Assembly (NCBI GenBank): GCA_913054335.1
Contig: CAJXHL010000001.1
Span: forward strand, 22,502-86,501
DNA: 64,000 bases
Source of the DNA: an uncultured Gammaproteobacteria bacterium
GTDB lineage: Bacteria; Pseudomonadota; Gammaproteobacteria; PS1; Pseudothioglobaceae
Direction: 5' to 3'
Position 1 is the stretch's first letter; every line of letters begins with the position of its first letter. A program made the position numbers and the translations under genes. The notes beneath the pieces were generated by a model, which was not told the origin of the DNA, searched no databases, and saw only the letters and a program-made list of their open reading frames with translations. This document shows positions 27,076 through 39,031 of this stretch, in pieces.

Positions 27076-27154
27076 CACACAAATCATGTCAGAGTTTAAC
27101 CAGAAATACTTACCTATAAGGAATAATGGTGGCATGTGCCTTTTTATAAAAATG

Positions 27155-27240
27155 GCATAATTAAGGCAATTAAGTGCGTGTCTTCCAACTTTTTATTTTT
27201 CTGCTACGCTCCAAAATGCAGGTAAATTCAAACGTTAGCA
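27155..27240 (+). mobile_element. Degenerate attC-like site ending in the core GTTAGCA
   Basis: GCATAAT...AATTAAGTGC left arm; CTACGCT loop; GCAGGTAAATTCAAAC-GTTAGCA right end. Confidence 0.5.
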
Positions 27241-27255
27241 TGATGGACCAAAGTT

Positions 27256-28254
27256 ATGAATTATGAAAAGATACCACGGCAATCTCTAGGTTTTTTTCCA
27301 ACACCGATAGTCGAACTTTCCAAGTTAAGTGAAGCGCTTGGCGGCTCTAAAATATTTATGAAGCGAGATGACAATACGGGTCTTGCATTGGGTGGCAACA
27401 AAACCAGAAAACTCGAGTTTATTCTTGGAGATGCGCTGGCGTGTGGTGCAGATACTATTATTACCGCCGGTGCAGCGCAATCAAACCATTGTCGGCAGAC
27501 CGCTGCCGCAGCTGCTAGCCTGCAACTTGAATGCCATCTTGTTTTAGGCGGAGAAAAACCTGACATTGTTAACGGCAATCTCTTACTTGATCAAATATTT
27601 GGCTGCCATATCCATTGGGCTGGTGTAAATCGTAAGGGAGAAGATATTCCTCAAATTGTTGAACAACTGAAACAAGCAGGGAAAAAACCCTATGTTGTGC
27701 CTTATGGCGGTTCAAATGAGCTCGGCGCCTTAGCATTTGTAGAGGCACTAAAAGAGCTTGAAACACAACGTCAAGACACTGGTAAATCGTTCACATACAT
27801 CGTTTTTGCATCAAGCTCCGGAGGTACACAAGCTGGGTTGATGCTTGGGAAAAAGATGCTTGATGCGTCATATCAAATAGTCGGAATAAATATTGATAAA
27901 GGAGAAACAGATAAGGTTCCTTTTGATCAATTCATATTGTCTCTTGCTAACAGTACGGCAAAATTCATTGGTGTAAATCACGACTTTTCAGAAGAAGATT
28001 TAATTCTGAACTCTGACTATGTTGGTGAAGGTTATGGCGTGATTGGTCACCTAGAGAACGAAGCAATTTCATTGACAGCACAAACCGAAGGTATATTGTT
28101 GGACCCTGTCTATACCGGAAGAGCCATGGGCGGGTTATTTGATATGATCAGAACCGGAAAAATCAATAAAAAAGATAGCGTTTTATTCTGGCATACCGGA
28201 GGCGTGCCCGCTTTATTTGCTTATTCAAATAGATTAAATTTCTCAAAATGCTAA
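27256..28254 (+). CDS. D-cysteine desulfhydrase / cysteate sulfo-lyase family PLP enzyme
   Basis: KRDD.TGLALGGNKTRKLEF, AQSNHCRQ, SSGGTQAG, LDPVYTG, HTGG. Confidence 0.88.
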   Translation: MNYEKIPRQSLGFFPTPIVELSKLSEALGGSKIFMKRDDNTGLALGGNKTRKLEFILGDALACGADTIITAGAAQSNHCRQTAAAAASLQLECHLVLGGEKPDIVNGNLLLDQIFGCHIHWAGVNRKGEDIPQIVEQLKQAGKKPYVVPYGGSNELGALAFVEALKELETQRQDTGKSFTYIVFASSSGGTQAGLMLGKKMLDASYQIVGINIDKGETDKVPFDQFILSLANSTAKFIGVNHDFSEEDLILNSDYVGEGYGVIGHLENEAISLTAQTEGILLDPVYTGRAMGGLFDMIRTGKINKKDSVLFWHTGGVPALFAYSNRLNFSKC

Positions 28255-28296
28255 TAAAGTATTGCAACGGACAAGTCACTGAATGCGGTGTTATAT
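28249..28296 (+). mobile_element. Shortened attC-like site overlapping the stop codon of the desulfhydrase gene
   Basis: TGCTAAT-AAAGT-ATT[G]CAACGGAC...CACTGAAT-GCGGT-GTTATAT; ATT[G]CA pairs with TGAAT leaving the canonical extrahelical G. Confidence 0.6.
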
Positions 28297-28631
28297 TTCC
28301 GAAAAGGTATAGGCAAAAGGATACGTCAGCCTTTTGTTTTTTACTCTGTCAAAATAAAGTCCTAACAAAAATTTAGGAAATTTTGAAAATGAAGCCCTGC
28401 AAGGAGTAGAATGAATCAAAAAGAACTGTTTTAAATGCTATATAAAGGCTATTTTTAGGTTTTAAGTACTTTTATGGGATTTTATGAACATTTTCCAGAT
28501 GAAGGAAAAATGATAATTAAATGACCCAAAAAAAGGGCGGCACACTTACTTATGTAAGTGTAAAATATTCTTTTCTTTGAATTCTCATCTCGCAAACTGT
28601 TTGTGACATCTTTGATGTCAGTTTCAGATGA

Positions 28632-29309
28632 TTGCAATTCAAGCTTCAGGTGATTATTATTCCAGACAAAGTTGAACCTCAAGAGTTACAGCCTACTATT
28701 CTTTCCTTTCTAAAGGATCTTCCTAACATATGCTCGCTTGCAGGTCTGGCTTGCACGATATTGGCCATATATTTCAGTATATTGGGTGTTTACTACGCTG
28801 CAATGATTGGCATGGTTTGGGCTGTTGCATTTGACTGGGCGGATGGGCTTATTGCACGTAGAATTAAAGGGCGAACAGGTAAACAGAGTTTTTTTGGAGG
28901 GCAGCTTGATTCGTTAATAGATATTGTGAACTATGGCGTTTCTCCTGCTATTCTTCTTTTGAGTTATGCTGAATTCGATCCTATATTCCTATTAGGATCA
29001 TTTATAGTTATTTCTGCTAGTGCCATTCGATTGAGTTATTTTAATACCTATGGACTTTCTAATGGGGCCAGATACACAGGAATGGCTCTTGATAACAATA
29101 ATCTAATACTTGTTTTCATATTTCTATTTGAAAGCATGTTTAGTGAAGGCCAATTTTCGGTTATTCTTTATATCAGTTGTATAGGGATTGCAATCCTAAA
29201 TGTTTCACAAATAAAAACACCAAAACTTTCTGGAAGCACATTTAATGTTTGTGTTCTTGCTGTTTATACTCTTGTAATAACAGCGATCTACAGCTGGAAA
29301 CTTTTATAG
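28632..29309 (+). CDS. CDP-alcohol phosphatidyltransferase family protein (start uncertain)
   Basis: D.ADG.IARR...G..LDSL.D signature. Confidence 0.85.
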   Translation: MQFKLQVIIIPDKVEPQELQPTILSFLKDLPNICSLAGLACTILAIYFSILGVYYAAMIGMVWAVAFDWADGLIARRIKGRTGKQSFFGGQLDSLIDIVNYGVSPAILLLSYAEFDPIFLLGSFIVISASAIRLSYFNTYGLSNGARYTGMALDNNNLILVFIFLFESMFSEGQFSVILYISCIGIAILNVSQIKTPKLSGSTFNVCVLAVYTLVITAIYSWKLL

Positions 29310-29360
29310 AAAGTAACGCTCTGGTAAAGGAAAAAATTATTTTGATAAGGAGTTAATACA

Positions 29361-29861
29361 ATGGTTGTATATACGGTAGGTACTTTTGATTTATTGCATG
29401 TTGGACATCTTGCGTTGTTGGAATTCTGTGCCACTCTGGGCGATACAGTTGCTGTTGGGGTTGCCTCTGATGAAGTAGTTAAATTATACAAACCTAATGT
29501 GCCCACTATTCCGCTTGATGAGCGTATAGAAATGCTTCAAGCGCTTAGCTGCGTGGATATTGTTCTGCCATACCATCAGCTGGATTACATTTCTGTATGT
29601 AAAAAGGTTAAAGCCGATATTTTTGTTATTGGTGAAGATTGGGGTAGGAAGCCTCATAATCAAGGCGTAGAAAATTATCTTAAAGGACAAGGCAAAAAAA
29701 TCGTTCAAATTAAATATAATCCACGAACTTCGTCCACTAAAATAAAACAAAATATCATAGCTCAATTTCAAAGAAATAAAGACATAGAGCAAGAAATTGT
29801 ACAAAATATTTGGTATGACGTGGTTAAGAAAAAGCACAACAAGGCAAGTACAAATGGATAA
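29361..29861 (+). CDS. Cytidylyltransferase (TagD/RfaE-like HxGH nucleotidyltransferase)
   Basis: YTVGTFDLLHVGHL, ER.EML.AL.CVD.V, GEDW, TSST.IK. Confidence 0.88.
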   Translation: MVVYTVGTFDLLHVGHLALLEFCATLGDTVAVGVASDEVVKLYKPNVPTIPLDERIEMLQALSCVDIVLPYHQLDYISVCKKVKADIFVIGEDWGRKPHNQGVENYLKGQGKKIVQIKYNPRTSSTKIKQNIIAQFQRNKDIEQEIVQNIWYDVVKKKHNKASTNG

Positions 29862-29909
29862 ACTCAAGCCGATTCCACTACGTTACGCAACTTAAATTTC
29901 CTAGTGACT

Positions 29910-29949
29910 GGTAACTTGGTGTTTATTTATCAATAAATACCAAGTTACC
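29910..29949. terminator. 18-bp-arm palindrome between convergent genes (terminator-like or recombination-site-like)
   Basis: GGTAACTTGGTGTTTATT-TATC-AATAAATACCAAGTTACC, one G-T pair. Confidence 0.5.
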
Positions 29950-30088
29950 TCTTGTTGGGTAATAAATTAACGCAATATAGAAGAGTAAGTCGAGGCGTAA
30001 GAAAATTGAAGGACGTGAGCTTATATTTAATAAGCGATCAATCTGAAATTTTTGACAACAAAGACATACAGAAAATTAAACTCTATAT

Positions 30089-32213
<2,125 letters not shown>

Positions 32214-32217
<4 letters not shown>

Positions 32218-34961
32218 AAGGCTGATATTTTATCTAATTGTTGACCTAAATCACTGATGGCTTGTTCTACCGAGTGCAGCTTTTGTCGTTCTTTTTCGAC
32301 AACAGCTTCTGGTGCGCCTGAGACAAATTTTTCATTATTGAGTTTGCCTGAAAATTGCTGTTGTTGCTTGGTTAATTTCTCAATTTCTTTGTTTAGACGT
32401 GTTATTTCTTGCTTTTTGTCAACAAGGCCCGCTAGTGGAATCAAGATTTTCATCTCACCAACCAATGCTGTTGCAGATTCCTCAGCTTCATCAGAGTCTG
32501 ATAACTGAGTGATGCTTTCAAGCTTGGCAAGTGTTGTCAAAATTGAATGATTGCACTGTAGGTAAACTTTGTCAGCGCTATTGCTGTTTTGAATAAAGCA
32601 AGGCAACGGTTTGCCAGGGGCAATATTCATCTCTCCTCTAATTTGACGAACACCCAGAATAAAGCCTTGTAGCCAAGCAATTTCTGCTTCTGAATCCTCG
32701 GAGATTAAGTTTTGATCAATCTCAGGGTAGGCCGTGGTTATTAATCTTTCTGAATCTCTCGCAGTCAATGATTGGCATTGTTCAAAAATCTCTTCGGTGA
32801 TAAATGGAATGATTGGATGCAGTAAGGTGAGGATTTCACTAAGTACTTTAATCAACGTTGCTTGCGTTCCAGCGCATGTCTTGTCATCATCCAGTAGTGG
32901 CTTGGAAAGCTCCAAATACCAATCACAGTAGTCGTGCCATACAAATTCATAAAGCGTTTGGCTCATTAAATCTAGGCGGTAATCAGTAAGGTGTTTTTCA
33001 ACAGCAATCTTGGTGTGTTGAAGGCGAGATAAAATCCACTCATCAGATGCAGAGGTGCAGGCGCTCTCGTTTATGGATTGACCTTCAAGCTTCATTAGAA
33101 CAAAGCGAGAAGCGTTCCACAATTTGTTGCAGAAATTACGATAGCCTTCAACACGCTTTAGATCAAACTTAATATCACGACCAAAGGAGGCGAGTGCGGC
33201 AAAGGTAAATCTTAATGCATCAGCACCGAATGAAGGAATGCCGTCAGCAAATTCCTTTTCTGTCTGTTTTTTGATTTTTGCCGCCATTTCTGGCTGCATC
33301 ATGCCTTGGGTTCGTTTTTCCAGTAAATCTTCTAGGGTGATGCCATCGATAAGATCAATTGGGTCAAGCACATTGCCCTTGGACTTGCTCATCTTTTGAC
33401 CATGACTATCTTTGATAAGACCAGTGATATAAATATCTTTGAAAGGCACATCGCCTGCAAATTTAAGGCCAAACATAATCATTCTGGCAACCCAGAAAAA
33501 GATAATATCAAAGCCTGTTACCAAAACATTGGTTGGGTAGAAGCGTGATAATTCAGGCGTTTTTTCTGGCCAGCCCAATGTTGAAAAAGGCCATAGCGCT
33601 GACGAGAACCAAGTGTCAAGTACGTCTTCGTCTTGCTTGAGTGTCACATCTTCGCCTGCTTGTTGTTGAGCTTCTTCAAGGCTATGAGCAACGTATATTT
33701 TGCCAGATTCGTCATACCAAGCCGGGATGCGGTGACCCCACCATATTTGACGAGAAATACACCAGTCTTGGATGTTATCCATCCAATTGAAGTATGTCTT
33801 CTCCCAATTGCTAGGAACAAAGCGAATGTCGCCATTCTTCACAGCATCGATCGCTGGATCAGCTAATGGCTGAATTTTGACAAACCACTGATCCGTCATA
33901 TACGGCTCAATCACGGTGTTGGTTCTATCACCTCTGGGCGTCATTAGAGTGTGTGGATCGATTTTTTCGAGAAGCTCTTGGCTTTCTAAATCTTTAACAA
34001 TTTGTTTACGCGCAACAAAACGATCAAGACCTCGATAAGCCTCAGGTGCATCGTCGTTAATTTTGGCGTCATCTGTAAGAATGTTAATAATCTCAAGATT
34101 GTGTCTTTGACCCATTTCATAGTCATTAAAGTCATGAGCAGGGGTGATTTTCACGCAACCCGTGCCAAATTTCATGTCAGCATAATCATCAGCAATGATC
34201 GGTATTTGGCGATCGGTTAAAGGTAAATTAATAAGCTTGCCAATTAGGTGTTTGTAGCGCTCGTCATCAGGATGCACAGCAACAGCGCTGTCACCCAGCA
34301 TGGTCTCTGGTCGAGTGGTGGCAACTACCAGCACTTCGTCAGAATCAGCAACAGGATAGCGTATATGCCAGAGAGAGCCTTGCTCTTCAGTATTAATAAC
34401 TTCCAAGTCTGATACAGCTGTTAATAGCACAGGATCCCAATTTACTAATCGCTTGCCACGATAAATTAGACCTTCGTTGAATAAGTCGACAAAGACTTTT
34501 TGTACGGCATCTGAAAGGCCATCATCCATGGTAAAGCGCTCACGACTCCAATCAACAGAGGCGCCAAGCCTGCGCATTTGTGAAGTAATTGTGCCACCAG
34601 ATTGTTGTTTCCAGTCCCAGATTTTTTCAATAAATTGTTCACGGCCAACCTCAACTCGGGTGATGCCCTGTTGAGCAAGTTGACGCTCAACAACCATTTG
34701 CGTAGCGATGCCAGCGTGGTCTGTACCAGGCTGCCAAAGTGTTTGATCGCCCTTGCCTCGGTGGTAGCGAGTGAACACATCCATAATGGTGTGTTGAAAA
34801 GCGTGGCCCATGTGCAAGCTGCCCGTTACGTTGGGCGGCGGTAGGACGATGCTGTAAGCATCTTTACTCTGAGGATTCGTGCTTGAGGAAAAGAAATCAC
34901 CCTGTTCCCAAATGTCGCGGTATTTCGCCTCTATTTGATGGGGGTTGTATGTTTTTTCCAT
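32214..34961 (-). CDS. valS: Valine-tRNA ligase (ATG 34961)
   Basis: [31 protein letters not shown]-terminal coiled-coil arm. Confidence 0.98.
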
Positions 34962-35069
34962 GGAAACTAAGAATTGGATAAAACTTCGCAATTATACAAT
35001 ATATACAGTCAAATTACTACTGTAATTGCCTTTTGTAAAGCCCTGCAACATCCTGAAATTTAGATTAAA

Positions 35070-35759
35070 TTATGGAATGGCAATCCTTGTTAGTTGTGAT
35101 TTTAGCAGTTTAATCAAGCTATCTTTTTGGGTACTGCTAAAGCGATTAACAGGGCCTGAAACCACTAAGGCGCCGACAAATTTTGCGGAATTTGAAAGAA
35201 CCGGAATAGCAATGGCAAACAGTGAGGAGTTGTTCTCATCAACGGCCTGAAAAAAACCTTTGTCACGAATGTCTTTATAAAACCCTGATTTATCACGACT
35301 GCGTTTTCCGTAGGCTAAAATAATTCGACCAGATGCACCACGGTTGAGGTCAAGTCGAGTGCCTTGTTCAATATTGTGGCGAATTTCATCTCTAGAGTGA
35401 GCACGGTACAGACAAATACGTCTACTGTCCTCTTCAACAAAGAATGAGGCAGTTTCACCCGAAATGTCGCGTATATTGTCAACAATTGGCCGTATCTGGT
35501 CAAGATGATTGCTGTGTGTATAGATTGCGCTTAAATACAATGCTTGTGTGCCAATAGTGTATTGTTTGTCTCTTAATCTAACGACGTAGCCGTATTCTTC
35601 AAGTGTGGTTAGAATTCTGTATGTTGTTGAGAGGTTAAAGCCGAGCAACTCACTAATTTCCTTGAGACTGTATTGTGCTTTGTCTATCGAAAAAATTGAG
35701 AGAATCTGTAAACACTTCTCAATGGCATTGTGTTTTTTCTGTGGTTGATCGCTTGTCAT
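35070..35759 (-). CDS. IclR-family transcriptional regulator, divergent from aceA
   Basis: HTH ST.YRIL.TLEE.GYV, GASGRIILA, IAIPV. Confidence 0.9.
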   Translation of the reverse strand: MTSDQPQKKHNAIEKCLQILSIFSIDKAQYSLKEISELLGFNLSTTYRILTTLEEYGYVVRLRDKQYTIGTQALYLSAIYTHSNHLDQIRPIVDNIRDISGETASFFVEEDSRRICLYRAHSRDEIRHNIEQGTRLDLNRGASGRIILAYGKRSRDKSGFYKDIRDKGFFQAVDENNSSLFAIAIPVLSNSAKFVGALVVSGPVNRFSSTQKDSLIKLLKSQLTRIAIP

Positions 35760-35762
35760 ATT

Positions 35763-35800
35763 ATTTCATATAGTGATATGTTGTGATTATATAATGAAAT
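35763..35800. promoter_or_regulatory. Paired imperfect palindromes, candidate IclR operator between iclR and aceA
   Basis: ATTTCA-TATAG-TGATAT and TGATTA-TATAA-TGAAAT in inverted arrangement, overlapping a TATAAT at 35790-35795. Confidence 0.4.
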
Positions 35801-35894
35801 ATATCGGTAAACAAGTTATTGCTAACGTATAATTTTCGCCAACAAATGGAGTGTTTGTTAATTGTCAAGCACGTTGTATTATTAGGATAAAAGA

Positions 35895-37199
35895 ATGAAC
35901 AGAAAAGAACAAGTAGAAGCTTTAGAGCAGGATTGGAAAAACAACCCACGTTGGGCTGATGTTAAGCGCGGCTACTCAGCAGAAGACGTTGTACGTCTAC
36001 GTGGATCAGTACAGCCAGAATACACACTAGCGAGAAACGGTGCTGAAAAACTTTGGGAATTAATTAACGGTTCATCTAAGAAAGGCTACGTAAACTGCAT
36101 GGGCGCAATTACTGCAGGTCAAGCAATGCAACAAGCGAAAGCGGGCATTGAAGCAATTTACTTGTCAGGTTGGCAGGTTGCTGCTGATGGTAACACATCA
36201 GAAACAATGTATCCAGACCAGTCTCTATATGCTTACGACTCGGTACCTACAATGGTGCGTCGTATTAATAATACTTTTAAAAGAGCTGACGAAATTCAGT
36301 GGGCTCGTGGAATCGAAAAGGGTGACGACAAGCATGTTGATTACTTCCTTCCAATTGTTGCTGATGCTGAAGCTGGTTTTGGTGGTGTATTGAATGCATT
36401 CGAGTTAATGAAAAACATGATTGCTAACGGTGCAGCTGGCGCTCACTTTGAAGATCAATTAGCAGCTGTTAAAAAATGTGGTCACATGGGTGGTAAAGTT
36501 CTTGTACCAACACAAGAAGCTGTGCAAAAATTGATTTCAGCTCGACTAGCTTCTGACGTTATGGGCGTTCCGACTGTTGTTTTGGCGCGTACTGATGCTG
36601 AGGCTGCCAACTTATTGACATCTGATGTTGATCCAGCTGATGAGAAATTCCTTACGGGCAAGAGAACGCCTGAAGGTTTCTATATTGTTAAGAACGGTCT
36701 TGAGCAATCTATCTCTCGTGGTGTTTCATACGCACCTTACGCTGACTTAGTATGGTGTGAGACAGGCAAGCCGGACTTAGGTTTTGCGCGTGAGTTTGCT
36801 GAAGCAGTATTGGCTGAAAATCCTAACCAGCTACTTGCTTACAACTGTTCTCCGTCATTCAACTGGAAGAAGAACCTTAACGATAGCCAAATTGCTTCAT
36901 TCCAGCAGGATATTGCTGACATGGGCTACAAGTACCAGTTCATCACATTGGCTGGTATCCACAACATGTGGTACAACATGTTTGATCTTGCGCACGAGTA
37001 CGCACAAGGCGAAGGCATGAAGCACTATGTTGAAAAAGTACAAGAGCCTGAATTTGCAGCTGTTGATAAAGGTTACACATTTGCATCGCATCAACAAGAA
37101 GTTGGCGCTGGCTACTTTGATGATGTTACAACTGTTATTCAAGGTGGCGCATCTTCAGTTACTGCACTGACTGGTTCTACAGAAGAAGAGCAGTTCTAA
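35895..37199 (+). CDS. aceA: Isocitrate lyase
   Basis: KKCGHMGGK catalytic motif, [23 protein letters not shown]. Confidence 0.98.
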   Translation: MNRKEQVEALEQDWKNNPRWADVKRGYSAEDVVRLRGSVQPEYTLARNGAEKLWELINGSSKKGYVNCMGAITAGQAMQQAKAGIEAIYLSGWQVAADGNTSETMYPDQSLYAYDSVPTMVRRINNTFKRADEIQWARGIEKGDDKHVDYFLPIVADAEAGFGGVLNAFELMKNMIANGAAGAHFEDQLAAVKKCGHMGGKVLVPTQEAVQKLISARLASDVMGVPTVVLARTDAEAANLLTSDVDPADEKFLTGKRTPEGFYIVKNGLEQSISRGVSYAPYADLVWCETGKPDLGFAREFAEAVLAENPNQLLAYNCSPSFNWKKNLNDSQIASFQQDIADMGYKYQFITLAGIHNMWYNMFDLAHEYAQGEGMKHYVEKVQEPEFAAVDKGYTFASHQQEVGAGYFDDVTTVIQGGASSVTALTGSTEEEQF

Positions 37200-37207
37200 T
37201 AAAAAAT

Positions 37208-37250
37208 CCCTTCATGGGTTGGCGTCTTTTTGAGTCAATCCATGAGTGGG
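37208..37250 (+). terminator. Stem-loop between aceA and aceK
   Basis: CCCTTCATGGGTTGGC pairs with GTCAATCCATGAGTGGG using G-U pairs on the + strand. Confidence 0.55.
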
Positions 37251-37279
37251 TTCAATGTGTTATGATGAAACACTAAATT

Positions 37280-39031
37280 ATGCAAAACTCATCAACCGAT
37301 TCAACCTCAGAAGACATCGCCAAGACAATACTTGGTGGCTTTAATCAGCACTATGAAAACATCAAAAGTGCATCCATAAAGGCCAAAGAATACTTCGAAA
37401 AGCGTCAGTGGGGCCTAATTGAGCAAGAATCTAAGCGCCGACTTAACATTTATGACCAACAAGTCAATCTTTATTGTACGGAGCTCAAAGCAGGGCTAGG
37501 GCAAAGAGAGCGAGAGCCGGGTTTTTGGAAAAGTGTTAAGCGATACTACGTTCACCTAATATCTAATCACAAACAACCCGAGCTAGCGGAGACATTTTTT
37601 AATTCTGTCTTTTGTCACCTTTTTGAGCGTAGTTTTTACAACAATCAATACATTTTTACTAGACCAAGTGTATCCATCACTCATATTGACATGGATGAGC
37701 CAGTCATTGATAGCTATATTGTGCGTAACGGTGATTTAGAAGAGGTGTGTTCTCAAATATTAAAAAGCTATTCTTTTGCTTGTGAGTTCGAAGACTTGGA
37801 TAGAGACGTATTTCGATTAAAAGAGCAGCTCTTCCAGCAGTTTGAACATATTCAAACAGAACTTTTCGAGATTCAGGTAATTAACGCAGCATTTATCAGA
37901 GGCAAAGGTGCATACATTGTTGGTAATATTATTACAGAGCTTCATTCTAACCGGCCGATATTGATAGCGCTTTTAAACGAAGAAAATCGCGGTATTTTTG
38001 TCGATAGTCTGGTAACGGATCTCAGAAGTATTTCATCAATTTTCAGCTTTTCTCGCTCCTACTTCTTTATCGATACAGATTACCCATCCGCAATCGTTGA
38101 ATACTTAAGGACTGCAATTCCGGGCAAAACACGTGCAGATTTATACAGCTTAATCGGCTTACATAAGCATGGAAAAACGTTGTTGTATAGGCATTTTTTG
38201 CGTTACTCAAAGGTCACAAAGGAAAAGTTGATCGTTGCACCTGGAATTAAGGGGATGGTAATGTCGGTCTTTACTTTCCCGATGTTTCCCTTTGTTTTTA
38301 AAATGATTAATGATCATTTCACGCCACCAAAAATGGGCACTCGAAAAATGGTTCAGGATAAATATTATTTTGTTAAAAACCATGTACGCATCGGACGCCT
38401 TGCCGATACTTGGGAGTTTTCGGATGTGGCTTTTCCACTCAAAGATATTGAAGACACCTTGCTTGAAGAGCTCAAAGCGAAAGCCCCATCAAATATTGAA
38501 ATAGAAGGTGATTTGCTAATCATTAAGCATATGTATATTGAGAACAAAATGACACCGCTTAATTTGTATTTAGAAACGGCAACAGACGAGCAACAAGAGC
38601 ATATTATTAATGATTATGGTCTAGCTATTGATGAACTAATTAACTCTAATATTTTCCCGGGTGACATGCTCACTAAGAATTTTGGTGTTACTCGGCAGAA
38701 TCGTGTTGTGTTTTACGATTACGATGAAATTACACTGATGAGTAAGCCAAATTTTAGAAAAATACCCGAACCAAAAACCTACGAACAAGAGATGGCTTCT
38801 GAGCCATGGTACTACGTTGCACATGATGATGTTTTTCCTGAAGAATTTAAGTATTTTATGTTTCCGAATTCAAAAATGAAGAAAATGTTTAATCGCAATT
38901 ACAAGAAACTACTGGACGCTGATTACTGGTGTTCGATACAGAAAAAAATCGAAAAAAATGTTGTAATGGATTATTACCCGTACGGTCAAGAAAAGAGAAT
39001 GTGTGTTATTTATGCAGAAAATAATGAATAA
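37280..39031 (+). CDS. aceK: Isocitrate dehydrogenase kinase/phosphatase
   Basis: QPELAETFFNSV, APGIKGMVM, FPGDML.KNFGV, VVFYDYDE. Confidence 0.96.
   Translation: MQNSSTDSTSEDIAKTILGGFNQHYENIKSASIKAKEYFEKRQWGLIEQESKRRLNIYDQQVNLYCTELKAGLGQREREPGFWKSVKRYYVHLISNHKQPELAETFFNSVFCHLFERSFYNNQYIFTRPSVSITHIDMDEPVIDSYIVRNGDLEEVCSQILKSYSFACEFEDLDRDVFRLKEQLFQQFEHIQTELFEIQVINAAFIRGKGAYIVGNIITELHSNRPILIALLNEENRGIFVDSLVTDLRSISSIFSFSRSYFFIDTDYPSAIVEYLRTAIPGKTRADLYSLIGLHKHGKTLLYRHFLRYSKVTKEKLIVAPGIKGMVMSVFTFPMFPFVFKMINDHFTPPKMGTRKMVQDKYYFVKNHVRIGRLADTWEFSDVAFPLKDIEDTLLEELKAKAPSNIEIEGDLLIIKHMYIENKMTPLNLYLETATDEQQEHIINDYGLAIDELINSNIFPGDMLTKNFGVTRQNRVVFYDYDEITLMSKPNFRKIPEPKTYEQEMASEPWYYVAHDDVFPEEFKYFMFPNSKMKKMFNRNYKKLLDADYWCSIQKKIEKNVVMDYYPYGQEKRMCVIYAENNE

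Noticed and set aside
27256-28254. ACC deaminase call
   Set aside because: Has DPVYTG and HTGG rather than the DPVYEG and HLGG diagnostic of true ACC deaminases.
28482-28682. 66-aa minus-strand ORF possibly a transposase or nuclease fragment
   Set aside because: No recognisable motif; cannot be supported without a search.
23081-29900. CRISPR array
   Set aside because: Repeats are too few, too degenerate and separated by whole genes; no cas genes are present.
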